DNA of 64,000 bases from Eledone cirrhosa (lineage: Eukaryota), in the NCBI GenBank assembly GCA_964016885.1, contig OZ024742.1:337218001-337282000 (forward strand), read 5' to 3'. Shown here piece after piece: positions 63,501 to 64,000 of the stretch (the first letter of the stretch is position 1; each line of letters begins with the position of its first letter). The notes beneath the pieces are model-generated. The model searched no databases. It was not told the origin of the DNA and saw nothing but the letters and a program-made list of their open reading frames with translations. Position numbers and translations under genes: made by a program.

Positions 63501-64000
63501 TAATGATACTATCTGTTGGTCACAACACCTGGCAGAAGAAAGGAGTGAATAATCAGACTGGAGTAATGATACTAACTGTTGGTCATAACTGATGGCAGAA
63601 GAAAGGAGTGAATCATCAGACTGGAGTAATGATACTAACTGTTGGTCATAACTGATGGCAGAAGAAAGGAGTGAATCATCAGACTGGAGTAATGATACTA
63701 TCTGTTGGTCACAACTGATGGCAGAAGAAAGGAGTGAATCATCAGACTGGAGTAATGATACTAACTGTTGGTCATAACTGATGGCAGAAGAAAGGAGTGA
63801 ATCATCAGACTGGAGTAATGATACTATCTGTTGGTCACAACTGATGGCAGAAGAAAGGAGTGAATCATCAGACTGGAGTAATGATACTAACTGTTGGTCA
63901 CAACTGATGGCAGAAGAAAGGAGTGAATCATCAGACTGGAGTAATGATACTAACTGTTGGTCATAAATGATGGCAGAAGAAAGGAGTGAATCATCAGACT
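45555..64000. repeat. 63-bp satellite array, >18.4 kb (~290 monomers), running off the window, with higher-order repeats
   Basis: Monomer GGCAGAAGAAAGGAGTGAATCATCAGACTGGAGTAATGATACTAACTGTTGGTCATAACTGAT. Highly homogeneous, with recurring diagnostic variants. Confidence 0.98.

Noticed and set aside
45555-64000. Annotating the 609-987-aa repeat ORFs as genes
   Set aside because: They start at TTG variants inside the array, are broken by duplicated frameshifts and have no supported splice sites. Kept only as a hypothesis under findings.

Overview
Eukaryotic, AT-rich and very repeat-dense DNA. The SINE/LINE families and microsatellite load look like a coleoid cephalopod (octopus-type) genome; this is an inference. 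Two minus-strand host genes can be supported. One is the first coding exon of an IMPAD1/BPNT2 (Golgi PAP phosphatase) gene at 946-1293. The other is eight phase-compatible 3' exons (43609 to 17919, ~450 aa) of a Pif/BMSP-like protein with a Thr-rich linker, chitin-binding-type Cys repeats and a C-terminal LamG/ConA-like domain, including one GC-AG intron. The rest is mobile DNA: a Buster/Charlie hAT with an 8-bp TSD, piggyBac-type TTAA MITEs, CR1/L2, RTE and CRE-like LINE relics, many tRNA-headed SINEs, Penelope-type hammerhead motifs, three minisatellites and an >18-kb 63-bp satellite with higher-order structure. Highlights: (1) an ~11-kb nested stack in one intron (twin-primed RTE > CR1 > three different Dong/R4 elements and a SINE, all inserted in the CR1's (TAA)n tail); (2) a covarying 3'-UTR stem-loop shared by the three Dong elements; (3) a ~900-bp fold-back palindrome with a minimal hammerhead motif on each arm, in a local hammerhead cluster; (4) a 63-bp satellite with one almost stop-free frame on the Pif-like gene's sense strand. 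Repeat boundaries were read by eye and are approximate unless TSDs or splice sites are quoted.
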